DNA of 23,758 nucleotides from the NCBI GenBank assembly GCA_013375475.1, contig JABXKD010000059.1:1-23758 (forward strand), written 5' to 3'. How positions within the stretch are numbered: position 1 is the stretch's first letter; every line of letters begins with the position of its first letter. Below are positions 8,348-17,457 of the stretch, one piece after another. This DNA comes from Promethearchaeota archaeon. GTDB lineage: Archaea > Asgardarchaeota > Lokiarchaeia > Sigyniarchaeales > SOKP01. The position numbers and the translations under genes were made by a program. The notes below the pieces were generated by a model. The model searched no databases and had not been told where the DNA came from. It worked only from the letters and a program-made list of their open reading frames with translations.

Positions 8348-10078
8348 TTACTTTAAAACTCCAGCATCCCTTAAGATTTGGTTATGGTCAAAAGCAAACT
8401 CAAGATTTTTAAGTTGATCAAATGGGACAATCTCTACTCTTAAAGCATCGTCTCCTTCCTGTAACATTAAAAGCCCTTTTGCTGGGCGACATCTAAATGC
8501 CGTAGAAACAATCTTGCCTCGAGGATCTCTTCCTTTTTGATCATAAGTCCCAATTTTACTAACTATTTTCACAGCAAGGTTTGTTTCTTCGCGAACTTCC
8601 CTAATTATTGCTTGTTCTGGATCTTCGTTGTATTTAATAAAACCACCAGGAAGCGCGTATTTATCTTTATACGGAGCGTATCTCCTTTTAATTAAAACTA
8701 TATTTCTATCATCATCTTGAATAACTGCATCAACTGTATGACCAAATTCTAGGCGTTTAGATTTTAGCTTACCATAAATATAGTATCCGAGTAATATAAA
8801 AAAACACGTACCCAGGAATATTGAAACAATAATATGTATAATCCGTGATTCTGGTTCTATTTCAACTTTTCCAAACGAAATTCTAATTGCATTAACAAAA
8901 TCTATTATGAATCCGGCGCCAAACAAGACGCTTAAGAAATTAACCGCTTTTTTAGTATTTTTTTGATTTTCCTCATTTCTTTTTGTGTATAACTCTTGTA
9001 ATGTGTCATAAAGGGTTTTAAACTTATTATTGATTCGTTTAATTATAGTCGCTATTCGAAATATCTCTAGTAAATGAGTTAAAACCTTGACATAATGTTC
9101 TCTTGGATTCCAATCCAGTTCACTATAGATAAGACTCATCTTTGTTTCGATCATTCCTCTTAAAAACCTAAGATTCTTTGTTTTTTCCTCGATTTTTTCT
9201 AGGCTCATAAAAACATCGGAGTACCTTTTCATAAATAAGATGTCAAGAGAGTTATTAATTGACATGAGAGCAAAAAGAACAGCTCTTATTCTTGGTGTCG
9301 GTTCTAAAATCATGTGATTTATGTAATCAAATTCAGTTTCATAATTCTTTGGAACCATATAAATAAATCCCGAATTTCTTTGGATATAGTGTAATTCTGA
9401 AACGCGATTAGACAGGTTTTTTTTAGTTCTTCTTTTAAAAAGATCGTCTGAATAGTCTGTCCACTGACCGGAGTATATTTGGGTCCATATTCCAATGCTT
9501 TTTTTAAATCGATTTATGTTTTCTTCTGTCCATTGAACTTCCATTGGCTTAACTTTTTTAGATATTGCAAATAGATAAATAGGACTTTCAATATCAAGTA
9601 TTAGATATTGATTTTCTTTTCTTTTACTATATTCCTTAAGAATGTCTATAGAAATAAAGGGGATCTGCTGTAATATATCTGGACTTAAACTTTCTTTTTG
9701 GAAAGGTTCGTTCCTATAGTATTCTACTTCCATTTTAAAATAACCTAAAGTATTATATGCTAAATCCTTATTATCTTCTGTGTAAGGGTTATTCTCATCC
9801 GTATAAGGAAAATTCTGAAAAAATGGCTCCCAATCACACTCGATTGACACCGATTTAGCCATATTAACCAATACCCTTTTTTTTTCTTCAGCGTTAGGGT
9901 ATTTCTCTAAAAATTTATACGCTTTTTTTAAATCGTTTTCAGTAAGATTTTTTAACCTATCTAATAACAACGCTTCTATTTCTTCAGCTTTTGTTTCACC
10001 AATATATTCGTTTGTATTTATAAACGCGCTAATGTACCAATACTCTTTCTCGTATATAAATCGTAAATTTTCTTCCAT
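8348..10078 (-). CDS. Membrane protein: large N-terminal domain, long helix and 2 TM (CorA-like layout), with a C-terminal Nudix hydrolase (ADP-ribose pyrophosphatase-like)
   Basis: Nudix box GFIKYNEDPEQAIIREVREETNL, plus TVDAVI, ALPGGF, RDPRG, GDDA and AFDH. Two hydrophobic helices at about 8886-8948 and 8772-8843. Confidence 0.85.
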   Translation of the reverse strand: MEENLRFIYEKEYWYISAFINTNEYIGETKAEEIEALLLDRLKNLTENDLKKAYKFLEKYPNAEEKKRVLVNMAKSVSIECDWEPFFQNFPYTDENNPYTEDNKDLAYNTLGYFKMEVEYYRNEPFQKESLSPDILQQIPFISIDILKEYSKRKENQYLILDIESPIYLFAISKKVKPMEVQWTEENINRFKKSIGIWTQIYSGQWTDYSDDLFKRRTKKNLSNRVSELHYIQRNSGFIYMVPKNYETEFDYINHMILEPTPRIRAVLFALMSINNSLDILFMKRYSDVFMSLEKIEEKTKNLRFLRGMIETKMSLIYSELDWNPREHYVKVLTHLLEIFRIATIIKRINNKFKTLYDTLQELYTKRNEENQKNTKKAVNFLSVLFGAGFIIDFVNAIRISFGKVEIEPESRIIHIIVSIFLGTCFFILLGYYIYGKLKSKRLEFGHTVDAVIQDDDRNIVLIKRRYAPYKDKYALPGGFIKYNEDPEQAIIREVREETNLAVKIVSKIGTYDQKGRDPRGKIVSTAFRCRPAKGLLMLQEGDDALRVEIVPFDQLKNLEFAFDHNQILRDAGVLK

Positions 10079-10262
10079 TTTTGATTCCGCTCTTTTAGTT
10101 TGTAAAGTACAAATATGTTAAGTAAATATTAAAACGTCTTTATTAAAAAACATTTTATTTTTTCTTAACCAATTATTTAAGTGTTCTTAAATGATAAAAA
10201 AAAGAGATTTTATATCTTCTCTCTATCTTTCTCTTTTCTAAATAAGAGAATGTTTTATTTTA

Positions 10263-13200
10263 CTAATCAACGCGATGTCGTTGAAAAATAGTTTTCACTA
10301 TTAAATTATGAAGGTGTACTACGTTCTTTTCGAAATCCATTAAATCAAATTCAATACCCAATCTTGATTTTAGAAGTGGCGGAATGTGGTCAGGATTTAA
10401 AAACACAGGGATAATGGGTTTACGCATCATATCTGCGGCCGTCCACTCCTTATCAACCGAATCAGAACCTAAAGCATTTTCAGAACAAAACAAAAGCATG
10501 ATATCACATTTTCCAAGGTTGTCGCTCATAAATTTAATAATGTTATCTGTCATATGCTCTTGCCAGTACAAAACTTCTTTAATTTCGTCATACGCTTTTA
10601 GTCTTTTTGATAATTCTCCAATATTGTATGTTTCTGCGTCTACTGTGGCATAACTTACAAAAACTAATAAATCCTTTAATTTTTCGCTTGGAGTCATAAA
10701 CTTTTCTTCGTCAAGAGGATAATTCCTAAATTCTCTGATAAACCCTTCATCTTGGAGGAATTTTCCAATCTTTTTTGCTGTAGTAAAATTGTATCCTTTT
10801 TGTATTATTAAGGCGTGCAAGGTAGGATTAAGTAGTTCCTGCAAAATTTTTGTTCCTAAATTTTCTAAATGTCCTGTTTCAGAAGGTTCATAATCTACAG
10901 GATTTTCTAATAAGTTCTCATAGTATTCTGTTTCGGAAATCTCGATCTTGAGTTGATTAACCATCTCAGCTTTAGTTATTTTCCTCTGATTTTCATATTC
11001 AAATTCCAATATCCTCTTAACAATTTCTAAGGTTTCCTTCGGATCTCTTAAGTTTTTCAGTTTCTCGAATGCGATTGCTTTAATATCTTCAAAATTAAAT
11101 ACATCTGCCGTTTCTAAAACAAAGTTCAATTGTTCAATCGCTTCTGAATAGTTATCTTTAACGATTAAATCTTCTACATTCTTTAATTTACTTCTTAGTT
11201 CTTTTAGAAGTTCTTCTTGCTCTTCCATTAACAGGTCCCAGATTAATACATCACCAGAGTCATAACCTGCTATAATTTGGTTTGTATTGGGTATAAATTT
11301 TGCAGAATTAACTTTTGATAAGTAATAATACGATGTTTGATACTTTTCAATGAAATCCCATATTCGGATAAAGTTATCTTCAGTACCACAAGCTACATAT
11401 AAACCATCTGAAGAAAACGATACTGATGTAACTGGACTATTTATTTTTTCAAAAGTATAATCAAGTTCACCAGTATTAACTTTCCATATCTTAACCGTTT
11501 GATCTTTAGAACCGCTCGCTATAAAAACTCCATCAGGAGAAATCGCAACTGAATTTACAGCCTCTTTATGTCCCTCAAGTGTGTGTATAATTTTTCCTTT
11601 TTTAAAGTCCCAGATATTAATAGAATTATCTTCTAATCCACTCACAATATATTCTCCATTTGGTGAAATATCGATAGATGTTATTGCACTTTTAACTCCT
11701 TTTAATCGTTTAACATGTTTAAGTATCTTTGGCTCCCAAATTATAATTGTCTTATCTCTTGAGCCACTTACAATGTATTTTGCATCATAAGATGCAGCTA
11801 CGGAAGTAACAGCATCATCGTGACCGCTCATTGTCCAAACTATATCACCACTATTTATATCCCACTCTAATAAAGTGTTATCATATGAAGCGCTCACCAC
11901 GTATCTTCCCCCGGGAGAAAACGCCACTGAACTAATAATATCTGTATGGCCCTTAAGAGTTTTTATTAGTTTTCCACTAGATAAATCCCACACTATTAGT
12001 GATTTATTTGACAATCCACTTACCGCTAACTTTCCACTCGGTGAAACAGCAACTGAATTCACATTTTCAGAATGACCTTTGATATTTTTAAAAATACCCC
12101 CGAATGTGAGAGCCCACACTTTTAAATAACCATCTCGGGAACCCGTTATAGCAGATTTCCCGTCTGGAGTAATAGCAACTGAGGATACTTCATCTCCATG
12201 ACCTTCAAATGATTGAATAAGCTCATACTTATTATCCCAAACTTTTACCGTTTTATCTTTGGATGTACTAATTAAACAATTACCGATTGGAGAATAATTT
12301 ACGCTTGAAACTGTATCAGCATGATTCTCAATAGAAGTAATTAAGTCGCCGGTATAAAAATCCCATATATTTATGGATTTATCATCAGAACTGCTACAAA
12401 TATTTGCTCCATTCGGAGAAATCCCAATTGATAATACCTTTCCCTTATGTCCACTAAGATCTTTGATGACTTCTTTCGAAGAGAAATCCCATATCATAAC
12501 ATGTTTGTCTTCTGATCCACTTACAAAATATCTTCCATTCGGAGTGAACTTTATTGAAGTTACTGGTCCTTTATGAACTTTTTCTTCCCATATTAAATTC
12601 TTACTTTGAACATCACAAATTTTAAGATAATTATTGCTTAAACCCATGATTATTTGTTTATTATCAGGAGTAAACGATGCTGAGTTTGGAACGCTACCTA
12701 TATTAGTTAAAATGCAATATGGAGCTGTTTGCTTAATATCCCAAATTATAACTTTCTTATCACCTGAAGTACTCACAAGGTAATTTCCATCGTGAGAAAA
12801 TTCAATTGAGTTAACTGATTTTGTGTGCCCCGTTAAGGTTCTTATGAATCTTAAACTTTTAAGATCCCAAATTTTAATTGTATTATCATCTGAACCAGAT
12901 GCCATATAGCTTCCATTAGGAGAAATTGATACAAAATTGATCCCTTTACTGTGAGCATTTATGGTCGTCTCGAGTTTACCTTTCATTAACTCCCATACCA
13001 TGATATTGTTATCTGCGGATCCAGTTACAATATACTTTCCATCAGGTGAAAATGCAATTGATAATACTTTACCCGTATAATCCTTGAGCGTTCTTATAAT
13101 CTCCCCTGTAGATACTTCCCATACCTTTATAGTTTTATCATCAGAACCGCTCACTATCAATTTTCCATCAAGAGATATAGCTACAGACCGAACCATTCCT

Positions 13201-13934
13201 GAATGACCTTGAAGAATATAAATAGGTCTTCCTTTTGAAAGATCCCATATTCTTACCGTACTATCTTCTGATCCACTAATCATGAATTTTCCATCTGGTG
13301 AAATAGTAAGTGAAGTTATAGCTCCGCTATGTCCTTTAATAGTACGAACAAACTTACCGTGCTTTAAATTCCATAGTCTTATAATACCCTCTTCAGTTCC
13401 ACAAACCAGATATTCATTATTTTTAGATATAGCAATTGAGAATACCGCACTTTTATGTTCAAATTTATGAATGGATTTCGCATTTAAGATGTTCCAAACA
13501 ATCACATTTTTATCTTTGGAACCGCTTATGAGACTTTTACCGTCTGAAGTGACAGCTAATGATGTAACTGAATCCGTATGTTCTTTTAGTTCATTTATAA
13601 AGTGTCCCCGCTTTAATCCCCATACTTTTATCAAATTATCCGAAGAAGAACTATAGATATAGTTATCATCTATCGATACTGCCACCGCTAATATCGAATG
13701 ATCATGTGCTTCTATTGTTCTTAACAAATTTCCTGTCGGGAAATCCCAAATTTTAAGCGTTTTATCCTTTGAGCCGCTAACTAAATAATCTCCCTTATTA
13801 GATAAAGCAACGGAAGTCACATCTCTACTATGTCCGAAACTTTGAGCCATATGAAAAGCTTTTGCTAACCCTTTTCTTTTAGGGTATAAATGTTGAGGAT
13901 ATTCGAAATTTTCTTTAACTTTTTTCTCGGGCAA
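10263..13934 (-). CDS. WD40-repeat protein (21 repeats) with C-terminal TIR domain
   Basis: I counted 21 GH...WD-type repeats (about 13835-11235), then a helical linker, then the TIR motifs VFVSYA, DIMLLFCSENALGSDSVDKEW and KPIIPVF. TTG start. Confidence 0.9.
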   Translation of the reverse strand: MPEKKVKENFEYPQHLYPKRKGLAKAFHMAQSFGHSRDVTSVALSNKGDYLVSGSKDKTLKIWDFPTGNLLRTIEAHDHSILAVAVSIDDNYIYSSSSDNLIKVWGLKRGHFINELKEHTDSVTSLAVTSDGKSLISGSKDKNVIVWNILNAKSIHKFEHKSAVFSIAISKNNEYLVCGTEEGIIRLWNLKHGKFVRTIKGHSGAITSLTISPDGKFMISGSEDSTVRIWDLSKGRPIYILQGHSGMVRSVAISLDGKLIVSGSDDKTIKVWEVSTGEIIRTLKDYTGKVLSIAFSPDGKYIVTGSADNNIMVWELMKGKLETTINAHSKGINFVSISPNGSYMASGSDDNTIKIWDLKSLRFIRTLTGHTKSVNSIEFSHDGNYLVSTSGDKKVIIWDIKQTAPYCILTNIGSVPNSASFTPDNKQIIMGLSNNYLKICDVQSKNLIWEEKVHKGPVTSIKFTPNGRYFVSGSEDKHVMIWDFSSKEVIKDLSGHKGKVLSIGISPNGANICSSSDDKSINIWDFYTGDLITSIENHADTVSSVNYSPIGNCLISTSKDKTVKVWDNKYELIQSFEGHGDEVSSVAITPDGKSAITGSRDGYLKVWALTFGGIFKNIKGHSENVNSVAVSPSGKLAVSGLSNKSLIVWDLSSGKLIKTLKGHTDIISSVAFSPGGRYVVSASYDNTLLEWDINSGDIVWTMSGHDDAVTSVAASYDAKYIVSGSRDKTIIIWEPKILKHVKRLKGVKSAITSIDISPNGEYIVSGLEDNSINIWDFKKGKIIHTLEGHKEAVNSVAISPDGVFIASGSKDQTVKIWKVNTGELDYTFEKINSPVTSVSFSSDGLYVACGTEDNFIRIWDFIEKYQTSYYYLSKVNSAKFIPNTNQIIAGYDSGDVLIWDLLMEEQEELLKELRSKLKNVEDLIVKDNYSEAIEQLNFVLETADVFNFEDIKAIAFEKLKNLRDPKETLEIVKRILEFEYENQRKITKAEMVNQLKIEISETEYYENLLENPVDYEPSETGHLENLGTKILQELLNPTLHALIIQKGYNFTTAKKIGKFLQDEGFIREFRNYPLDEEKFMTPSEKLKDLLVFVSYATVDAETYNIGELSKRLKAYDEIKEVLYWQEHMTDNIIKFMSDNLGKCDIMLLFCSENALGSDSVDKEWTAADMMRKPIIPVFLNPDHIPPLLKSRLGIEFDLMDFEKNVVHLHNLIVKTIFQRHRVD

Positions 13935-14131
13935 TTCAGTTTGAATGGAAACTACCTTGTTTTATTATATTTTGGATTCTAGACCATGAAGTTATTGGTT
14001 AATAAACCAATATCGAATTTAAATATTTTGACGAAATAGTAAAGTTCCTTATAATAAAGCTCTTTCAAGTTCCCTTCCTTGATTAATAAAAGAAAAAAAA
14101 AGATATCAATATCAAATCATTTTTATAAAAA

Positions 14132-14572
14132 TTAATCATATCTTCTACGCGTAATTAGTAACCAGATAAATCCAACTATACCTACTATAAAAGCAACGAT
14201 GTTTATAATACCCGAAAAATCACTCCAGGAAAAAGAAGCAGGATCTAGTATTAATGCAATAACTGGGTCAACTCCAGTAGCGACCATTATACTAAGAACT
14301 ACTAATGCTTGGCCCATAGCCCATTCTGCCTCTTTAAACATGGCTACTCCAGCTACAATACACCAGAAAGCTAAAACGAGGGAAACTAACAATTCACCTC
14401 CAAGGGCAGCAACACCTACAATTGCATCGTTCCATTCTCCCAACAATTCGGGTAAAATTATTCCAGATAATGTTAGAATGTAGATTACCGCTCTAAATAA
14501 AAAGATTACTCCAATAGCTATAATTAGAATATTTAAAATCGCGCTTGAAGATTTTACTTTGCTCGAACTCAT
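14132..14572 (-). CDS. Four-TM hypothetical membrane protein
   Basis: Four hydrophobic segments and a basic C-terminal tail (RRRYD); ATG start. Confidence 0.8.
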   Translation of the reverse strand: MSSSKVKSSSAILNILIIAIGVIFLFRAVIYILTLSGIILPELLGEWNDAIVGVAALGGELLVSLVLAFWCIVAGVAMFKEAEWAMGQALVVLSIMVATGVDPVIALILDPASFSWSDFSGIINIVAFIVGIVGFIWLLITRRRYD

Positions 14573-14596
14573 ACTATTTCACACTCTATATTTTTG

Positions 14597-14612
14597 TGTC
14601 AAAAATTTGACA
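14597..14612. promoter_or_regulatory. Palindrome TGTCAAA-AA-TTTGACA, candidate operator
   Basis: Perfect 7-bp arms, between a minus-strand TTTATATA (14644-14637) and ATG 14572. Confidence 0.4.
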
Positions 14613-14698
14613 TTGATAAAAATATCCACTCGATAATATATAAAGTTAATTTTTCTCTCCACTAATGTAAAAATAATGGTTGCAAAAATTAATATAAC

Positions 14699-15253
14699 TT
14701 ACCGGTTTCCTTCAATCTTTTGAATTATAAGCCTTTTAACATCAATAAAATCGGATATTACATGAATTCCTTCCATTTTCTTCAGTTTTCTATTATTTTC
14801 AAGTTCGATGTCTCTTATTTTCAATACGAGAGGAGAACCGTCTGGTCTAGAAGTTACGATAGGTTCAGTGTCTTGATCCGAAGGAAAAATGTATGCAATT
14901 TGGCCACCCTTAATTGCTTGAGCAACACAGTTAGTAATAAGCGTATCTGCAATACCATGCACGATTTTAGCAACTGTGTTTGCAGAAACGGGACAACACA
15001 AAAAGAAATCGAATTTGCCAAGTTGTAACGGTCCCGCGTAAAAAGGAATATTTGGAGTTTTTTCTACTTTAACTTTTTCTACTGCTTCTGTTAAAGCTAG
15101 CCACTTCTTATACCACTTTACAACTGCAGCACCCTCTTTTGATAATATTACAGTTAACTTAACGTTAAAATCCTCTTGTAGTTCTTTCATCAATTCAATT
15201 GATTCTTGAAGAACATATCCCGTTCCTGTAATGCCCCACAATAGATTTAACAA
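14699..15253 (-). CDS. Archaeoflavoprotein AfpA-like flavoprotein (HFCD superfamily)
   Basis: WGITGTG, PVSANTVAKIVHGIADTLITNCVAQAIKG and FPSD; no fused ferredoxin domain. Confidence 0.8.
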   Translation of the reverse strand: MLNLLWGITGTGYVLQESIELMKELQEDFNVKLTVILSKEGAAVVKWYKKWLALTEAVEKVKVEKTPNIPFYAGPLQLGKFDFFLCCPVSANTVAKIVHGIADTLITNCVAQAIKGGQIAYIFPSDQDTEPIVTSRPDGSPLVLKIRDIELENNRKLKKMEGIHVISDFIDVKRLIIQKIEGNR

Positions 15254-15402
15254 ATTGTTATCAACTCTTCATTCAAATTTGTGTAGAAATTTAATTCTTA
15301 AAGAATTTTGCTTTGTATATAAAACCTAATGATAAGAGTTATTAGTTTAAGAATGATTTTTATTTAAGTAGTAAAACCTATAATTTACAATCATAATTAA
15401 AA

Positions 15403-16593
15403 ATGAACGCATCAAAATACATTTATCTTGATTACGCTGCTACAACACCAATGGATCCACTCGTAATTGAAGTAATGAATGAACATTTTAGAAACTCTTA
15501 CGGGAATTCTTCAAGTTTACATTCAGTTGGTCAAAAAGCTGCACAAATATTAGTTAAATCCCGAGAAACTATAGCATCTTTAATAAACGCTAAGAGAGAT
15601 GAGATAATCTTTACTTCTTCAGGTACGGAAGCAGATAATATCGCGATTTTAGGAGCTGCGCTTAAAAATCAAAATCGTGGTAAACATATCATAACATCAA
15701 CTATAGAGCATCACGCAGTCGAAAACGCGTGTAAAAGTTTAAAGAAGAAAGGATTTAGTACAACCTTCTTACCTGTTGATAAATATGGTTTAATAGATCT
15801 AAATGAACTGGAGGATATGATTACCGACGAAACGACTCTTATAAGTATTATGTTCGCAAATAATGAAATAGGAACGATAGAACCAATTAAAGAAATTGGG
15901 GAAATTGCTAAAGAACACGATGTTATTTTTCATACTGACGCAGTTCAAGCGTTTGGGAAGGTGCCAATTAATGTTGAGGCTATGAATATTGATTTACTCT
16001 CTGCATCTGCTCATAAATTATATGGACCTAAAGGAGTAGGAATGCTGTATCTAAGAAATAAGGGTGTTAGAGAAGGTTGGGGGAAGTACATTGAACCAAT
16101 AATGTTTGGGGGCGGTCACGAAAGAGATCTGAGACCTAGTACAGTGAATGTTCCCGGTATTGCCGGTTTTGCCAAAGCTGTTGAATTAGCTAAGGAAGAA
16201 ATGCCAAAAGAAATAGAAAGGCAAACGAAATTGCGCAATAAAATTATTGAATTTGTATTAAATAATATTGATGATACATATTTAAATGGACATCGAACCC
16301 AACGATTACCTAATAACGTTAATTTGGGTATAAGATTTATTGAAGGAGAGTCGATTGTATTAGATTTAGATAGCGAAGGAGTAGCAGCATCAACAGGATC
16401 GGCATGTTCTTCAAAATCATTAGAACCCTCACACGTATTATTAGCTATAGGCTTGAAACCACAAGAGGCTCACGGTTCTTTAAGGGTGACAGTTGGAAGG
16501 TTCACTACAGATGACGATGTAGATTATTTTTTGAAAAAACTACCTCCAATAGTCGAGAGGCTTAGAAAAATGTCACCTCTTAAAAGTAATTAG
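15403..16593 (+). CDS. iscS: Cysteine desulfurase, group I (IscS/NifS/MisS)
   Basis: YLDYAATTP, FTSSGTEADN, HTDAVQ, SAHKLYGPKG (PLP Lys) and STGSACSS (catalytic Cys). Confidence 0.95.
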   Translation: MNASKYIYLDYAATTPMDPLVIEVMNEHFRNSYGNSSSLHSVGQKAAQILVKSRETIASLINAKRDEIIFTSSGTEADNIAILGAALKNQNRGKHIITSTIEHHAVENACKSLKKKGFSTTFLPVDKYGLIDLNELEDMITDETTLISIMFANNEIGTIEPIKEIGEIAKEHDVIFHTDAVQAFGKVPINVEAMNIDLLSASAHKLYGPKGVGMLYLRNKGVREGWGKYIEPIMFGGGHERDLRPSTVNVPGIAGFAKAVELAKEEMPKEIERQTKLRNKIIEFVLNNIDDTYLNGHRTQRLPNNVNLGIRFIEGESIVLDLDSEGVAASTGSACSSKSLEPSHVLLAIGLKPQEAHGSLRVTVGRFTTDDDVDYFLKKLPPIVERLRKMSPLKSN

Positions 16594-16632
16594 AAAAATA
16601 AAATCAAAATCATAAAAGGAGTAAAAATAGAA

Positions 16633-17295
16633 ATGGAAATAGAAAAAAAACTAGCTATAATTATATTAATTGGCGGAAAAAACATCAGATTCGGAGATGA
16701 ATCCGCTGCCATTTTAGAAGTCCTTGGTAAACCCTTGATCCTTTATCAGATAGAATCATTATCTAAATTTAATGAGGAAGTATTTTTAATAGCCCATTCA
16801 GAATATCAAATTAACTCCTATTATAAAAAAATGAATTTTCCACGAGATATTAAATTCGTTATTGACGATACAGAAATTTTGGTTAATAAACAGCTAAGAA
16901 CTCCAATGTTAGGCGTCTATTCTGGTTTTAGAGAGTTAAAGAAATTAGGATTCGAAAAAGCTTTTCTTTTATCTGGTGATATGCCTTTAATCAAACCGAA
17001 AGTAATTGCACTTATGATTAATAGCGTTAAAGGATATGACTATTGTATTCCAAGATGGCATAACGGTTATTTAGAACCTCTATTTGCGATATACCCGGTT
17101 GGAAAGACTTTTGAACTTGCGAAAAAATCAATTCTAGAGCGTAATTACGCTTTTACTAGTATAATTGATAAATCCTTACATATCAATTACATACCTGTTG
17201 AAGAATCCATAAAACCACTTGATCAAAATTTTGTTTCTTTAATCAACATCAATGGACCAATCGATCTTGAAAAATTAATTAAATTATTTCAATAG
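16633..17295 (+). CDS. mobA: MobA-like nucleotidyltransferase (divergent)
   Basis: ILIGGKNIRFG, LLSGDMPLI, YLEPLFAIY and NINGPIDL follow the MobA motif order. Confidence 0.72.
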   Translation: MEIEKKLAIIILIGGKNIRFGDESAAILEVLGKPLILYQIESLSKFNEEVFLIAHSEYQINSYYKKMNFPRDIKFVIDDTEILVNKQLRTPMLGVYSGFRELKKLGFEKAFLLSGDMPLIKPKVIALMINSVKGYDYCIPRWHNGYLEPLFAIYPVGKTFELAKKSILERNYAFTSIIDKSLHINYIPVEESIKPLDQNFVSLININGPIDLEKLIKLFQ

Positions 17296-17302
17296 TCTAT
17301 TA

Positions 17303-17395
17303 CTTTTATGAAGATAATGATCAAAATCAAATGAAATTTAAGCTGAAAAACTGATATTATGACGATTGAATAGGATGTTGATTTCTTCATAGAAG
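17303..17395 (+). other. Long imperfect hairpin in intergenic DNA; possible structured RNA
   Basis: CTTTTATGAAGA (17303-17314) pairs with TCTTCATAGAAG (17384-17395), and GATCAAAATC pairs with GATGTTGATT. The loop contains CTGA-tatt-ATGACGA. Confidence 0.35.
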
Positions 17396-17457
17396 ATATT
17401 TCTAAAGAATAGTCAAAAATCGAAACTGTTTTTTTTGTTGTTAAATTGATTAATTTA

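Noticed and set aside
11235-13835. Recent DNA-level repeat expansion or diversity-generating retroelement target in the WD40 gene
   Set aside because: The repeats are clearly diverged in nucleotide sequence, and I see no template repeat or reverse transcriptase in the window.
17331-17363. SECIS-like ATGA...GA core in the intergenic hairpin
   Set aside because: Helix II pairing is poor and no neighbouring gene has an in-frame TGA.
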